A DNA stretch of 64,000 nucleotides from Nitrospinaceae bacterium (GCA_965237905.1 OZ250172.1:576001-640000), one strand, 5' to 3'. Shown: positions 28,581-38,601, counted from the first letter of the stretch. Notes: generated from the sequence alone by a model not told the origin. Numbers and translations are program-made.

Positions 28581-29723
28581 TCACCTCACTGGTTGTGAAT
28601 AGGTTCGTCCGCGCCATTCAGCCCCGCCGCGGAACAATACGTGGATCATGGAGTTGATCATGATGGCGGACATGACCAACGCTCCCAGGGGAAACAACAA
28701 CACATAACGTTTTTCCAGATTCAGTTCATGACATAAGGTCAATTTCGTAATCAACACCAGACCCAGCCCTGCCAGAGCCATCGCCTGCCACCCCAGGCTC
28801 GATCCCATCCACAGGTGAACTCCCACCATAAGCCAAGGCGTCAGCACGAATCCCAATACGCAAAAGATATAATAAAATGTTTTGAAGATGGATTTTTTCA
28901 TCGCCAGGAAAACGTTTTTGCGCCAACCGGTCCATATTTCCCGGAACGAATGGTACATGCGGATGGAATAAATTTTCTGGGCATCGGCGATCATCATTTT
29001 AGCGCCAGAGTGTTTCACCAAATGCGCCATGCCGATATCCTCCAGGATGGTCTGCTTGAGGGTTTCATGACCTCCCACCCGGTCATACACTTCCCGTCGC
29101 AACAAGATAAAAGCTCCGACGCCCATCGCGTCCGGAGACTCCGGATCATTCACCTTTCCGAATCGTGTGAGGGCCGCGATGAACGCGAAAATGACCGGTT
29201 GCACCGCCCGCTCCCAAAACGAACCGAATTCCGCTCCGGGCAGGAGAGAGACCATATCCAACCGGTGCTTCTGCATGAGATGGACTGCAGTCGTCAAGGC
29301 GTACGGCTGGAACACGGGATCAGCATCGGTGAACAGGAGCAGTTCGCCCCGCGCCTTTTGCGAGGCCTGATGCAGAGCGAAGGGTTTGCCGTACCAATCG
29401 GAAGGTAATGTGGCGCCCTGAATGGCGACCAGGTTGGCATGACGCTCCTGCAACGATTCGATAATATCCGGCGTGTTGTCGGTGGAGTTGTCATCGACCA
29501 CGATCACTTCAAAATTTGGATAGTCCTGGTTCAGCAAAGAGGTAAGACAAGCTTCGATATCCCGCTCCTCGTCGCGTGCCGGGACACAAACCGAAACGAA
29601 AGGATAGGCTGGAAGGGGTCCGACCGCCGGCTCGACTTTGACCAGAAAATAGGTGTTGATCGTCAAATAGATCACGATTGCAATAATCAAGGCGAACTGT
29701 AAAACGGAAAGAAAGATCAGCAT
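28581..29723 (-). CDS. Membrane GT2 glycosyltransferase (HpnB/CrtQ-like)
   Basis: VCVPARDEE, VDDNSTD, WYGKPFAL, FTDAD, EDIG, RMYHS, WRGRTY. Confidence 0.85.
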   Translation of the reverse strand: MLIFLSVLQFALIIAIVIYLTINTYFLVKVEPAVGPLPAYPFVSVCVPARDEERDIEACLTSLLNQDYPNFEVIVVDDNSTDNTPDIIESLQERHANLVAIQGATLPSDWYGKPFALHQASQKARGELLLFTDADPVFQPYALTTAVHLMQKHRLDMVSLLPGAEFGSFWERAVQPVIFAFIAALTRFGKVNDPESPDAMGVGAFILLRREVYDRVGGHETLKQTILEDIGMAHLVKHSGAKMMIADAQKIYSIRMYHSFREIWTGWRKNVFLAMKKSIFKTFYYIFCVLGFVLTPWLMVGVHLWMGSSLGWQAMALAGLGLVLITKLTLCHELNLEKRYVLLFPLGALVMSAIMINSMIHVLFRGGAEWRGRTYSQPVR

Positions 29724-29981
29724 TTTGAGCTCGGATGTCTGTGTTTCGCCACTATAAAAACCCCACTCATTTGTATTCGAGAAACTTCCATGTTACTCTG
29801 AAAAGGTCATCTTCGATCTTTTCAGGAGTTGACCCGCCCGCGCTCCAAGCGTATAATTTCAATTTTTTCAATGATTTATAGATTTCATTGGAGCGAATCT
29901 AAATTTAGTCTTGCGGCACACTATAACAAGTCCCTTGTCTCTCAAACAGTTATAAACTTCCCCCAACCCAAAGTTTTACCC

Positions 29982-30458
29982 ATGAGTCGTGTGAACCCTA
30001 AATCTCAGAATAAGTTTTTCCTTCTTTTGATTTTGACCTGTTTCGGCTTAACCGTATTGTGGACTTCGTCGGCGGATGCCCTGTGCATCAAAAATCGCCA
30101 GGCCAATCTACGGCAGGGACCCGGACTCCACTACGACAAAATCTGGGAAGTGTTCCGGTACATGCCGTTCCATCAGTTGGGTAAAAAAGGCGAGTGGTTG
30201 CGAGTGCAGGATCTGGACGGCGACATCTACTGGGTGCACAAAAGGCTCACCACCAAGTCGTTCAAATGCGCCGTCATCAAAAAAGATGCGACCAATTTAC
30301 GCAACGGTCCCGGCACCCATTATAAAAAGGTTAAAGGGATGCCCGGAGAAAAGTATTTCTCCATGAAAGTCATCAAGATCAAGGACAACTGGGTACAAGT
30401 CGTGGATGCCTGGGGTGACAAAGCGTGGATTTACCGGCCTCTGGTCTGGATCAAGTAG
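29982..30458 (+). CDS. Exported tandem bacterial SH3-domain protein
   Basis: Signal peptide; two NLRxGPG...W..V.D..G...W repeats. Confidence 0.85.
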   Translation: MSRVNPKSQNKFFLLLILTCFGLTVLWTSSADALCIKNRQANLRQGPGLHYDKIWEVFRYMPFHQLGKKGEWLRVQDLDGDIYWVHKRLTTKSFKCAVIKKDATNLRNGPGTHYKKVKGMPGEKYFSMKVIKIKDNWVQVVDAWGDKAWIYRPLVWIK

Positions 30459-30467
30459 AACCCTTCC

Positions 30468-32879
30468 CTAACCCCCGAGCAGTTGTCTCGCCCGGTTTTT
30501 GAACACCATGTGGAACAGCAGGTTGCAGTACCGGTCCACTTCCTTTTTTTCATCCCCGAGAACCGAATAATTCCAAAATCCGTACAGCTTGGCGGCTTTG
30601 ATCAATTTCTCCGCATACAAGTTCCAGGTGAAGCGCTCTTTGACGCGAACGATGGCTTGGCCGCCCAGCGTCTCCCAACAGGAAGGGGCTTTTTCGCATC
30701 GAAGCAAAAAATCCAGAATGGGTTGACTGATAAGCTCCGGCTGAGTGGGATTGATCAGATACCCGTTTTTACCATCCTCAATAATTTCCTGCGGCCCTCC
30801 GAACTGGGTCGCGAATACCGGCAGGCCGCTGGCCATCCCTTCCAGAACCGTCAACCCGAACGCCTCGAACAACGCGGGTTGCACAAACACGCCTCTTCGA
30901 TCGGCGATAATCCGATACGACTCCGCGCCATCCTTCCTCGATGAGTTTTCGATCCAGCGGATTTTATTTTGGAGTCCATACTCTTCGATCAACTGATACA
31001 TTTTTTTCAATTCGGACAATTCCTCCTCGTCCGTCGCCTTCTCCTCCCGAACGGTGTGGGTCACGATGATCAAATTGGTCCTGTCCTGAAGTTCCTTGCT
31101 TTGGCCAAAACTTTCCACCAGTCCGGTAAGGTTTTTGATTTTATCCAGCCGCGCTATGGTGAAAATGGGAATTTTATCCGGATGCTCCAGCTCCCCAAAA
31201 ATATCATCTCCCTTTTTAGAAAATAACCGTTTGTTCAATTCCTTCGTTTGGTTTTTCAGCCTCCGCGATGTGTCGGTGTATGGAAAATAAATGGATTCAT
31301 CGACTCCGGGGGAAACCACGTTGAATTTGGGATGAAGTAGGTTGACGCCATCGGTTACCTTGTACAACTCCGGCATGGAAAACAGGCAGTACGATTCGTA
31401 TTGTCCCAGACTGGTCTCCGTGCCCGCAATTTCCTGCGCGGTGCTGGTAATGATAACGTCCGCCTTGTTCATGGAAATCAGATCGGCAGTAAACTGAAGC
31501 GAGAAGTTGTACTCCTTTTCCATATCCTGCCAATACAGGTCGGAAAACAAAAACTTAGGCTTCTCCAACGCATGGGCGATATTGCACTGAATCACTTGTA
31601 ACCAGGGAGCCAGTAGAGACGCCACCAGGTTGCCGTCCGAATAATTTCCGATGATCATATCCGGCCTGCCACCGAATTCCGTCAGCAATTCGTTTTTCGA
31701 ATCCAGCGCAAACTGCTCCAGAAACGGCCACACCTGAAACCGCGAGAGCCAGTGGGGAACAATATTCTGATTCTCATCCTTGAACGGAACGCGCAGAATC
31801 CAGCAATGGTCCGTCCCATTGATTTTTTCGAGACGCTGGTTGCTGGTAGTGCCATCATTTTCGGGAATGAGGCGGGTCACCACTATGATTTTGGGCGGCA
31901 CGGAAATTCCGGCGGAAGCGAGCGAGTTTTTCATATAGGCTTCCAGCGCCTTCACCTGGTCGAGAATATAAACCACCTGGCCTCCGGTGTCGGGCCGGCC
32001 CAGCACATGGTCCTGTCCGAACCATCCATGCGGCGAGATCACCGCGACACGGGATACCAGCGGAATCGCACCGATAAACTCTTCGAGATAATCGGCGCTG
32101 GGCGATTCAAAAAGATTGGCGAGCAATTGCAGGTGGGTCAGGGTCTTCTCGACGGTATTTCCAAAACCCTCTCGTATCCCCAGACTGTTCAGAGTGGCGC
32201 GGGCTTCATGGATCAGCGCCTTCTCATCCAACGATTCCAGGGAAGCGATGGCTTTTTGAAGCGCTTCCACCAATGCCGCCGCATCTTCGATGATTTCTCC
32301 ATCCACCAGTATCTGGTCGTTGTCGATACTGTGGGTTTTCAGAAATTCGCAGAGAAAAGCCTGCCAGTCCTCCGGCTCTTCCTGTAGTTTGCCGGCCATG
32401 TAGCTGTTCAAATATCGATGGCCGGAGCCTATCTTTTTGGGTTCGGGAATTTCAGGTCCCGTGCTGTAAAACGGCTGGAAATCGATCAGCAGTTTTTTTT
32501 CGGGGGGAACATGGGCGCGATCCGCCCTGATTTCCCGGTAATCCAGAAACTCTTCCGCCGTCAGCTCATCCATGCGGTCTTCCACATTATGAATCTGGTA
32601 GAAACGATATTGCGCCGCCTGGCTTCGATGAAGGAGCACCACGTCTTCTTCCAGCAACAGCATTTCCTGAGTCCTGGAAAAAAAATCTTCCAGGTTGGAA
32701 AAATCATCGGAATCTATTTTCCCGGAATTCCGTTGGTCCAGAAATTGAGTGAACCGCAGGACAATTTCATTGCGAAGCAGGTGTTTTGACGGTTGGAGAT
32801 TCAACTCATAAACAAACTCCCTGAGGCACCGGGCCTCTTCTTCCGTCATCAGGGAAGACAATGTCTGCTTGTTATCCAA
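30468..32879 (-). CDS. Sucrose synthase (GT4)
   Basis: SPHGWFGQ..VLGRPDTGGQVVYILDQV, GNYSDGNLVA, AHALEK, FEAFGLTVLE; 803 aa; TTG start. Confidence 0.92.
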   Translation of the reverse strand: MDNKQTLSSLMTEEEARCLREFVYELNLQPSKHLLRNEIVLRFTQFLDQRNSGKIDSDDFSNLEDFFSRTQEMLLLEEDVVLLHRSQAAQYRFYQIHNVEDRMDELTAEEFLDYREIRADRAHVPPEKKLLIDFQPFYSTGPEIPEPKKIGSGHRYLNSYMAGKLQEEPEDWQAFLCEFLKTHSIDNDQILVDGEIIEDAAALVEALQKAIASLESLDEKALIHEARATLNSLGIREGFGNTVEKTLTHLQLLANLFESPSADYLEEFIGAIPLVSRVAVISPHGWFGQDHVLGRPDTGGQVVYILDQVKALEAYMKNSLASAGISVPPKIIVVTRLIPENDGTTSNQRLEKINGTDHCWILRVPFKDENQNIVPHWLSRFQVWPFLEQFALDSKNELLTEFGGRPDMIIGNYSDGNLVASLLAPWLQVIQCNIAHALEKPKFLFSDLYWQDMEKEYNFSLQFTADLISMNKADVIITSTAQEIAGTETSLGQYESYCLFSMPELYKVTDGVNLLHPKFNVVSPGVDESIYFPYTDTSRRLKNQTKELNKRLFSKKGDDIFGELEHPDKIPIFTIARLDKIKNLTGLVESFGQSKELQDRTNLIIVTHTVREEKATDEEELSELKKMYQLIEEYGLQNKIRWIENSSRKDGAESYRIIADRRGVFVQPALFEAFGLTVLEGMASGLPVFATQFGGPQEIIEDGKNGYLINPTQPELISQPILDFLLRCEKAPSCWETLGGQAIVRVKERFTWNLYAEKLIKAAKLYGFWNYSVLGDEKKEVDRYCNLLFHMVFKNRARQLLGG

Positions 32880-32915
32880 TTGAACCCTCCAGAAATTTAA
32901 CTCGGCAATTAATGA

Positions 32916-34346
32916 CTACGCTATTTTTTGTTCGGCCACTTGGTGTTTGGGGAAGCGGATTTTGAATTTGGTTCCTTCTCCCAGTTTGCTTTCCACATCG
33001 ATGGTTCCTTGATGGCGGTCCACGATATATTTGCAGATGGCAAGCCCGAGGCCACTGCCTCCCTCCTGCCGGGAGCGGGCTTTGTCGACACGGTAAAACC
33101 GGTCAAAAATTTTGGGAAGATCCTGCTCGGGGATGCCAATTCCCGTATCCTTGATAGTGAAGTAAACGGTGTTATCCAGATCTTGAAGCGTAATTTTGAT
33201 CTCCCCACCGCTGGCGGTAAACTTGATGGCATTGTGGATCAGAATCCATACCATTTGTTTGAGGCGGTGCGCATCTCCCAAAATCGTCACCGGTTCCAGG
33301 TAGGCCAGAATAATTTTAACATCCTTTTCATCCGCCAGAATTTCTCCCTGTCGGCTGACCTCTTCAATGATATTCCCCAGTTCAACAGGTTCCTTCTCCA
33401 GCGAAATTTCACCTTCATCGCCTTTTGACAGGGTTAGTAGATCCTGAAGAATGCGCGACATATAATTGATCTCTTCCAGATTGCTGGACAACACCTCCTG
33501 ATATTCTATCTTGGAGCGGGGTTTGCCCAACACCAATTCGCTTTGCCCCTTCAGAACGGTCAACGGTGTGCGGAGTTCGTGCGAAGCGTCACTGCTGAAC
33601 TGACGCATCTGGGCAAACGACTTCTCCAACCGGTGCATCATTTCGTTAAACGTGTTGGCGAGATTGCCGATTTCATCCTGAACCTCGGGCATCGGGATGC
33701 GCTGGCTGAGGTCGGCCCCATGCGCGATATTCTGTGCCGTCTGAGTAATTTCCGCCACGGGTTTCAAGGCGCGGGTGGCCATGAAGCGCCCTCCCAGAGT
33801 ACTCAGAATCAACACCCCCGGGATGGCGGCAAACAGAAAAATCCGCAGATTCTTCAACGTATCCTCAACCCCTTTCAGAGAGGTTCCGACCTGAATGAGG
33901 TTGACCAGGTTGTCGTTCCGGATCACCGGCATTGTAATCACCCGAATGTGATGCCTGGGAGCCAGGGTAAACGTCTCGTAGGTGATCTCACCTTTCGTGG
34001 CGCGCGAATAGGAATCCTGCGTCAGAGGAAATTTGGACGCATCGATCCCTTTCGACCGGGAATCCACATTTCCCGAACCGTCATAAATCCTGTAGAATTT
34101 ATTGATATTGCTGTACCCCAGGAACTGATCGAAAAACAAATCCAGCCCCGGTAGGGGGGTCCTTGAATAATCGATCAGGGCCGCTTTTTTGACCACGCTG
34201 GCCGACACCTTCAACGAATTGTCGATGCTTTCGTGCAGTCGTTTGGAAAGAAACGCGTAGAGCAGAACACTGAACAGGATCAAAAAAAATCCAAGAACCG
34301 CGACGTGCCAGGCTGTCAATCTGGAGCGGATGGAATTGAAAATCAT
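32916..34346 (-). CDS. Sensor histidine kinase (CusS/CzcS-like)
   Basis: Two TM segments, HAMP, ASHELRTPL, DTGIGI, FDRFYR, GSGLGL. Confidence 0.9.
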   Translation of the reverse strand: MIFNSIRSRLTAWHVAVLGFFLILFSVLLYAFLSKRLHESIDNSLKVSASVVKKAALIDYSRTPLPGLDLFFDQFLGYSNINKFYRIYDGSGNVDSRSKGIDASKFPLTQDSYSRATKGEITYETFTLAPRHHIRVITMPVIRNDNLVNLIQVGTSLKGVEDTLKNLRIFLFAAIPGVLILSTLGGRFMATRALKPVAEITQTAQNIAHGADLSQRIPMPEVQDEIGNLANTFNEMMHRLEKSFAQMRQFSSDASHELRTPLTVLKGQSELVLGKPRSKIEYQEVLSSNLEEINYMSRILQDLLTLSKGDEGEISLEKEPVELGNIIEEVSRQGEILADEKDVKIILAYLEPVTILGDAHRLKQMVWILIHNAIKFTASGGEIKITLQDLDNTVYFTIKDTGIGIPEQDLPKIFDRFYRVDKARSRQEGGSGLGLAICKYIVDRHQGTIDVESKLGEGTKFKIRFPKHQVAEQKIA

Positions 34347-34351
34347 AACTC

Positions 34352-35020
34352 CTAAACCCTCATGACATAGCCGACGCCCCTCAAGGTGTGGAGAAGCTTG
34401 GCTGGATATTTCTTATCGATTTTTTTTCTCAAGTGATTGACGTAAACGTCGATGACATTGGTGAATGTGTCGAAGTTGTAATCCCAGACATGTTCCGCAA
34501 TCATGGTGCGCGTCAGTACCTTGCCCTCGTTGCGCATGAAATATTCAAGAAGGCTGTATTCTTTTCCGGTGAGTTCAATCTCCTCACCATTACGGCTTAC
34601 CTTGTGACTGACCATGTCCAGACTCAAATCGCCCACTTTCAATTCCGTTTTGGTTTCCACCTGGCCGCGCCGCAACAGCGACCGTATGCGTGCCAGCAAT
34701 TCTGAAAAAGCAAAAGGTTTGGTCAGATAATCGTCCGCGCCCTTGTTCAAACCGGTAACCTTGTCCTCCACCGCATCTTTGGCGGTCAACAATAGGATCG
34801 GGGTACTCACCTTTTTATCTCTGAGGCGGGTCAACACTTCCAACCCGTCTATTTTCGGAAGCATCAGGTCCAGGATGATCATGTCGTACTCGTTCATCGC
34901 CGCGAGGTGAAATCCCTCTTCGCCGTCGTAGGCCACGTCGACGGCATAAGTCTCCTCCTCCAGGCCTTTTTTGATGAACCCGGCCACCTTTTTCTCATCT
35001 TCGACGATTAAAATTCTCAC
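34352..35020 (-). CDS. OmpR-family response regulator (CusR/CzcR-like)
   Basis: ILIVEDE, LDLMLP, GADDYLTKPF, VWDYNFD..TNVIDVYV, LRGVGY. Confidence 0.92.
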   Translation of the reverse strand: MRILIVEDEKKVAGFIKKGLEEETYAVDVAYDGEEGFHLAAMNEYDMIILDLMLPKIDGLEVLTRLRDKKVSTPILLLTAKDAVEDKVTGLNKGADDYLTKPFAFSELLARIRSLLRRGQVETKTELKVGDLSLDMVSHKVSRNGEEIELTGKEYSLLEYFMRNEGKVLTRTMIAEHVWDYNFDTFTNVIDVYVNHLRKKIDKKYPAKLLHTLRGVGYVMRV

Positions 35021-35024
35021 CCGT

Positions 35025-35228
35025 TCAATCCCATTTTTTCTGAACCTTATGGAGGTCGATCTCCCCCTTCAGCATCTTCACATGTTTTTCGCAATCCCTG
35101 ATGATGGCGGAGTACATGGCGCGGCAGGTTTCATCATTGGCATCTTCCATGGCCTGCTTGCAAACCTTCAGGGCACCCTGGGAAGTTTCCAGCGCTTTCA
35201 GTATATTTTCGTTAAATTTTTGATTCAT
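35025..35228 (-). CDS. Small helical hypothetical protein (Cys/His-containing)
   Basis: 67 aa ORF ending 4 nt before the regulator start. Confidence 0.6.
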   Translation of the reverse strand: MNQKFNENILKALETSQGALKVCKQAMEDANDETCRAMYSAIIRDCEKHVKMLKGEIDLHKVQKKWD

Positions 35229-35316
35229 TGAGAGCTCAATTTGTTTAGCAGACTGTTACGATCTTATTTTACATCATTTTTTAATGAATGCACCCGGACC
35301 GGGCAGGAGAAACCGC

Positions 35317-35607
35317 TCATCTGCGGTCACTGGAGCCGGAATTCCCCTCATCAGATCCTTCTTTTTCGATATCTTTCCGGAACATCAGCCGAACCAGTAT
35401 CACACCCAGCACAATTCCCATATACGGCAGACCTTCATATAACATGAGCAAACCCTTCCCGAAAATCCCATAATCCCCGCGGCCCAACTGCGTCAAAACA
35501 GGGTACCCGGCCCGTTCAACCATATAAAAAAGCATTTGGATGAGCATACCGCACACAAATCCGATGAATCCTCCGAATCCGAAGTAGAAGTATTTCATGG
35601 TTCCCAT
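35317..35607 (-). CDS. Small hypothetical membrane protein
   Basis: Two hydrophobic segments and a charged tail. Confidence 0.55.
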   Translation of the reverse strand: MGTMKYFYFGFGGFIGFVCGMLIQMLFYMVERAGYPVLTQLGRGDYGIFGKGLLMLYEGLPYMGIVLGVILVRLMFRKDIEKEGSDEGNSGSSDRR

Positions 35608-35724
35608 GGATTAGCCCTTCCCGGCACCCCGGGGGATGGTTGGCATTATTGGGGCGAAATTGTGCTGGCATTCGTTGGCCCCGTTATTATATACATAGGG
35701 CTTCATAGTTATCCAGAAGGAAAG

Positions 35725-35760
35725 CCGGGCAAGGCCCGGCCAGCGTGACGCTGGACCCAG
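35725..35760 (-). repeat. REP-like palindrome, copy 1
   Basis: Reverse complement of CTGGGTCCAGCGTCACGCTGGCC (35738-35760) followed by a second hairpin. Confidence 0.85.
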
Positions 35761-35852
35761 AATTCTGTCACCCTGAGACGATTAGCCTGTCCTGAGCTTG
35801 TCGAAGGAAAGGGTGCAACTTTATGCAAAGCTCTCGATAGAAAGAGGAAATC

Positions 35853-36593
35853 ATGCGATTGAACGAGAAAACCGCCATCATCACCGGAGGTGCTACGGGC
35901 ATCGGCCTGGCCTGCGCCCGGTTGTTTGTACAGGAAGGCGCCCGGGTCGCCATTTTCGGCCGCCGCCAAGACCGCCTCGACCAGGCGCAGAAGGAAATCG
36001 GGTCTGCAGTACTGGCCGTCCAGGGCGACATCACCCAAGACAAGGATACGGCCCGTCTGGTGGAGACCGCCGTGAAGCAACTGGGCAAGGTGGACATTCT
36101 TATTAATAATGCCGGGATCTTCGGCGGCGGTCCCATTCACGAAACGGATGACGCCATCTGGGACCAAACCTTCAACATCAATATGCGCGGCGTGTTTCAA
36201 TTGACGCGCAAGGTCTTGCCGCAGATGATCGCGCAAGGGTCCGGGAGCATCATACACATCAGCTCCATCCTGGGAATGATCGCCGTGCCGGGGACGTCAG
36301 CCTACAACGCCTCCAAGGGAGCGCTCAATCAGTTCAGTAAATCCATCGCTGTGGAATACGGAGGCCAGGGGATTCGCTCCAACGCCATCTGCCCCGGCAT
36401 GATCGAAACCGAAATGACTGAAGAACTGCGGCAGGATGCCGCTCTGATGGCAGAATTTTTAAAGGGGTATCCCCTGGGGCGTTTTGGAAAACCGGAAGAG
36501 GTCGCGCAGGCCTGTCTGTTTCTCGCCTCCGACGAGTCCGCCTTCATCACCGGCGCCACACTCCCCATCGACGGTGGATATACGGCCCTGTAA
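35853..36593 (+). CDS. Classical SDR oxidoreductase
   Basis: TGGATGIG, NNAG, YNASK, ICPG, DGGYTAL. Confidence 0.92.
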   Translation: MRLNEKTAIITGGATGIGLACARLFVQEGARVAIFGRRQDRLDQAQKEIGSAVLAVQGDITQDKDTARLVETAVKQLGKVDILINNAGIFGGGPIHETDDAIWDQTFNINMRGVFQLTRKVLPQMIAQGSGSIIHISSILGMIAVPGTSAYNASKGALNQFSKSIAVEYGGQGIRSNAICPGMIETEMTEELRQDAALMAEFLKGYPLGRFGKPEEVAQACLFLASDESAFITGATLPIDGGYTAL

Positions 36594-36617
36594 AGGTACC
36601 GTAACCCTCCGACCTAG

Positions 36618-36669
36618 AAACCAGTTGTCAGCCCAGCTTCCGGGCTTTATCCTGATAGAGTATAGTGTC
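36618..36669 (+). repeat. 52-bp promoter-like block, copy 1
   Basis: 44/52 identical to 38003-38054; contains TATAGT. Confidence 0.8.
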
Positions 36670-36709
36670 GATGGTTGCAACCGAATACTAATAAAATTAA
36701 ATTGAAATT

Positions 36710-37174
36710 ATGTTTACCTGCCCCGCTTGTAATGTAAAAAGCATTTCACTTTTTAAAAAGTGGAAAACCTTTAAATCTAATCCTCAAAAGTGTTCAAACT
36801 GTGGTTCAGGATATTATCTAAAACCTCGAGTTTATACTTTACTTATAGGGGTCACATCGATTTTATATACAATACTGATAATCTATTGCCTCTTTAACCT
36901 TACATGGGAAGTTGGAATAATTACATTTTCCGTAATCATAGCTTTAGAAATTCTTGTAACCTCATTTATTCCTTTAGTTATCCATCAGGAATCAGATACG
37001 ACAATTAAACCTATAACAAAAAAAGAATTAATAAGTTCATTAACAGGAGCTTTGTTGTTTTTGGGAATCTTTGGAGGGGTAATTTTATATCCTGAATACC
37101 CTATTTTCAAAATTCTTTTTTGGATTTTTGGTATTTTGGCGATTTCAACACCATTTTTTTTAAATAAAAAATGA
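36710..37174 (+). CDS. AT-rich hypothetical membrane protein with N-terminal CxxC..CxxC
   Basis: CPAC...CSNC followed by four hydrophobic segments. Confidence 0.6.
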   Translation: MFTCPACNVKSISLFKKWKTFKSNPQKCSNCGSGYYLKPRVYTLLIGVTSILYTILIIYCLFNLTWEVGIITFSVIIALEILVTSFIPLVIHQESDTTIKPITKKELISSLTGALLFLGIFGGVILYPEYPIFKILFWIFGILAISTPFFLNKK

Positions 37175-37578
37175 AACTGATAAATAAAATAATAATATTT
37201 TCAATATCAATTGGGCTTTGCGCATGTGAAGCTCAATTCAAGGAATCTGAGCTTGTTGGGACTTACAAGGCCAACCACGGCAAAGGAGAAGACGTTATTG
37301 TTCTTAAGGAAGGCGGAAAATATTTACATACTTTTAAGACGTCTGAAAAGGTATTTGAAAGAGAGGGTGTCTGGGAATATGAGATTTTTAAGGACCAACC
37401 TTTAATCAGCTTTTATAATTTTCAACATCGATGGCGCAATAACTACTATCCTTATGAGTTTGAGAAAGGTGAGAGCAATATATGGCCGGCCTTTATTGAG
37501 CGCACAATTTTTGGCAAAATTACTCTTCCATTGGACGATGACCTTGGGTTTTATTATGAAAAGGTTGAAATTAAATAA
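37171..37578 (+). CDS. AT-rich hypothetical lipoprotein
   Basis: Signal peptide with LCA-C lipobox; overlaps upstream ORF by 4 nt. Confidence 0.6.
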   Translation: MKLINKIIIFSISIGLCACEAQFKESELVGTYKANHGKGEDVIVLKEGGKYLHTFKTSEKVFEREGVWEYEIFKDQPLISFYNFQHRWRNNYYPYEFEKGESNIWPAFIERTIFGKITLPLDDDLGFYYEKVEIK

Positions 37579-37610
37579 CTAACCTTTATTTACCCTTCAA
37601 CCATTAAATT

Positions 37611-37958
37611 ATGTCCGTAACCCTTTATCACAATCCGAAGTGCAGTAAATCGCGCCAGACTCTGGAACTGCTCCAGCAAAACGGCATCACGCCGACCATC
37701 ATCGAATACCTCAAAACACCGCCAACCGCTGAAGCCCTGAAAGCGATTCTGGGCCAACTCGGGTTTTCTCCCCGCGACCTGATGCGCAAGAAGGAAGCGG
37801 TCTATGCTGAATCCGGACTCGATGATCCGTCCCTGTCGGATGACGCCCTGATCGATTTCATGGTTGCGCACCCGATTCTGATCGAGCGTCCCATCGTTCT
37901 GGCCAACGGCAAAGCCGCCCTCGGCCGTCCCCCGGAACAGGTGCTGGAAATTCTTTAA
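37611..37958 (+). CDS. arsC: Arsenate reductase (glutaredoxin-type ArsC family)
   Basis: YHNPKCSKSR, HPILIERPIV, GRPPEQV. Confidence 0.9.
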   Translation: MSVTLYHNPKCSKSRQTLELLQQNGITPTIIEYLKTPPTAEALKAILGQLGFSPRDLMRKKEAVYAESGLDDPSLSDDALIDFMVAHPILIERPIVLANGKAALGRPPEQVLEIL

Positions 37959-37962
37959 TCAT

Positions 37963-37985
37963 CTGGGTCCAGCGTCACGCTGGCC
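37963..37985 (+). repeat. REP-like palindrome, copy 2
   Basis: CTGGGTCCAGCGTCACGCTGGCC. Confidence 0.85.
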
Positions 37986-38002
37986 ACCGCTTCGCCCGTG
38001 GA

Positions 38003-38054
38003 AAACCTGTTGCCAGCCCCGCTTCCGGGCATTAACCTAAGAGAGTATATTGTC
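38003..38054 (+). repeat. 52-bp promoter-like block, copy 2
   Basis: 44/52 identical to 36618-36669; contains TATATT. Confidence 0.8.
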
Positions 38055-38124
38055 AAATGGTTCGGAGACAAAACGCACGTTCTCTTTAATAACCAATAAT
38101 CAAAAAATATAGACTGAGAATAAG

Positions 38125-38601
38125 ATGGCCCTACTCATAATCTCTATCATTCTGTGCATGGTGCTATTAGATTTTGCGCTTATTGGGTTTTTGCCAAAAT
38201 ACTTAAATATCTGGCCAGCTCTGGACAGCTCAGTTGGGAAAAGGTTGATTGAAGAATCTTCAATGTTTTCTAAAATAAAAGTAGATTTTGAATATAACGT
38301 TTGGGGATATCAAAGTGGGGGGTTAACTTTACGAATAAACGACTGGCGCTTACTCTTAACGTCAAGTTTCCTTCTTATTAAAAACACTCGCTTGACCTAC
38401 GTTTGGAAAATCAGCATTGAATCTATAAAATTTTTTGAAGTAAAAGATTCAATCGCCGGGAAAATCATTGTGTTTCACTTTACCCAAGATGACCAAGCAC
38501 ATTTCCTCGAATTTCGTTCTTTTGAGTTGAAGAACTGGTTGAAACGATTGGCAGAGGTTGGAATAACTGACCGAGCAGAATTAGCAAAAAACTCCTCTTA
38601 A
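38125..38601 (+). CDS. AT-rich hypothetical protein with N-terminal membrane anchor
   Basis: 158 aa ORF following the repeated block. Confidence 0.55.
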   Translation: MALLIISIILCMVLLDFALIGFLPKYLNIWPALDSSVGKRLIEESSMFSKIKVDFEYNVWGYQSGGLTLRINDWRLLLTSSFLLIKNTRLTYVWKISIESIKFFEVKDSIAGKIIVFHFTQDDQAHFLEFRSFELKNWLKRLAEVGITDRAELAKNSS

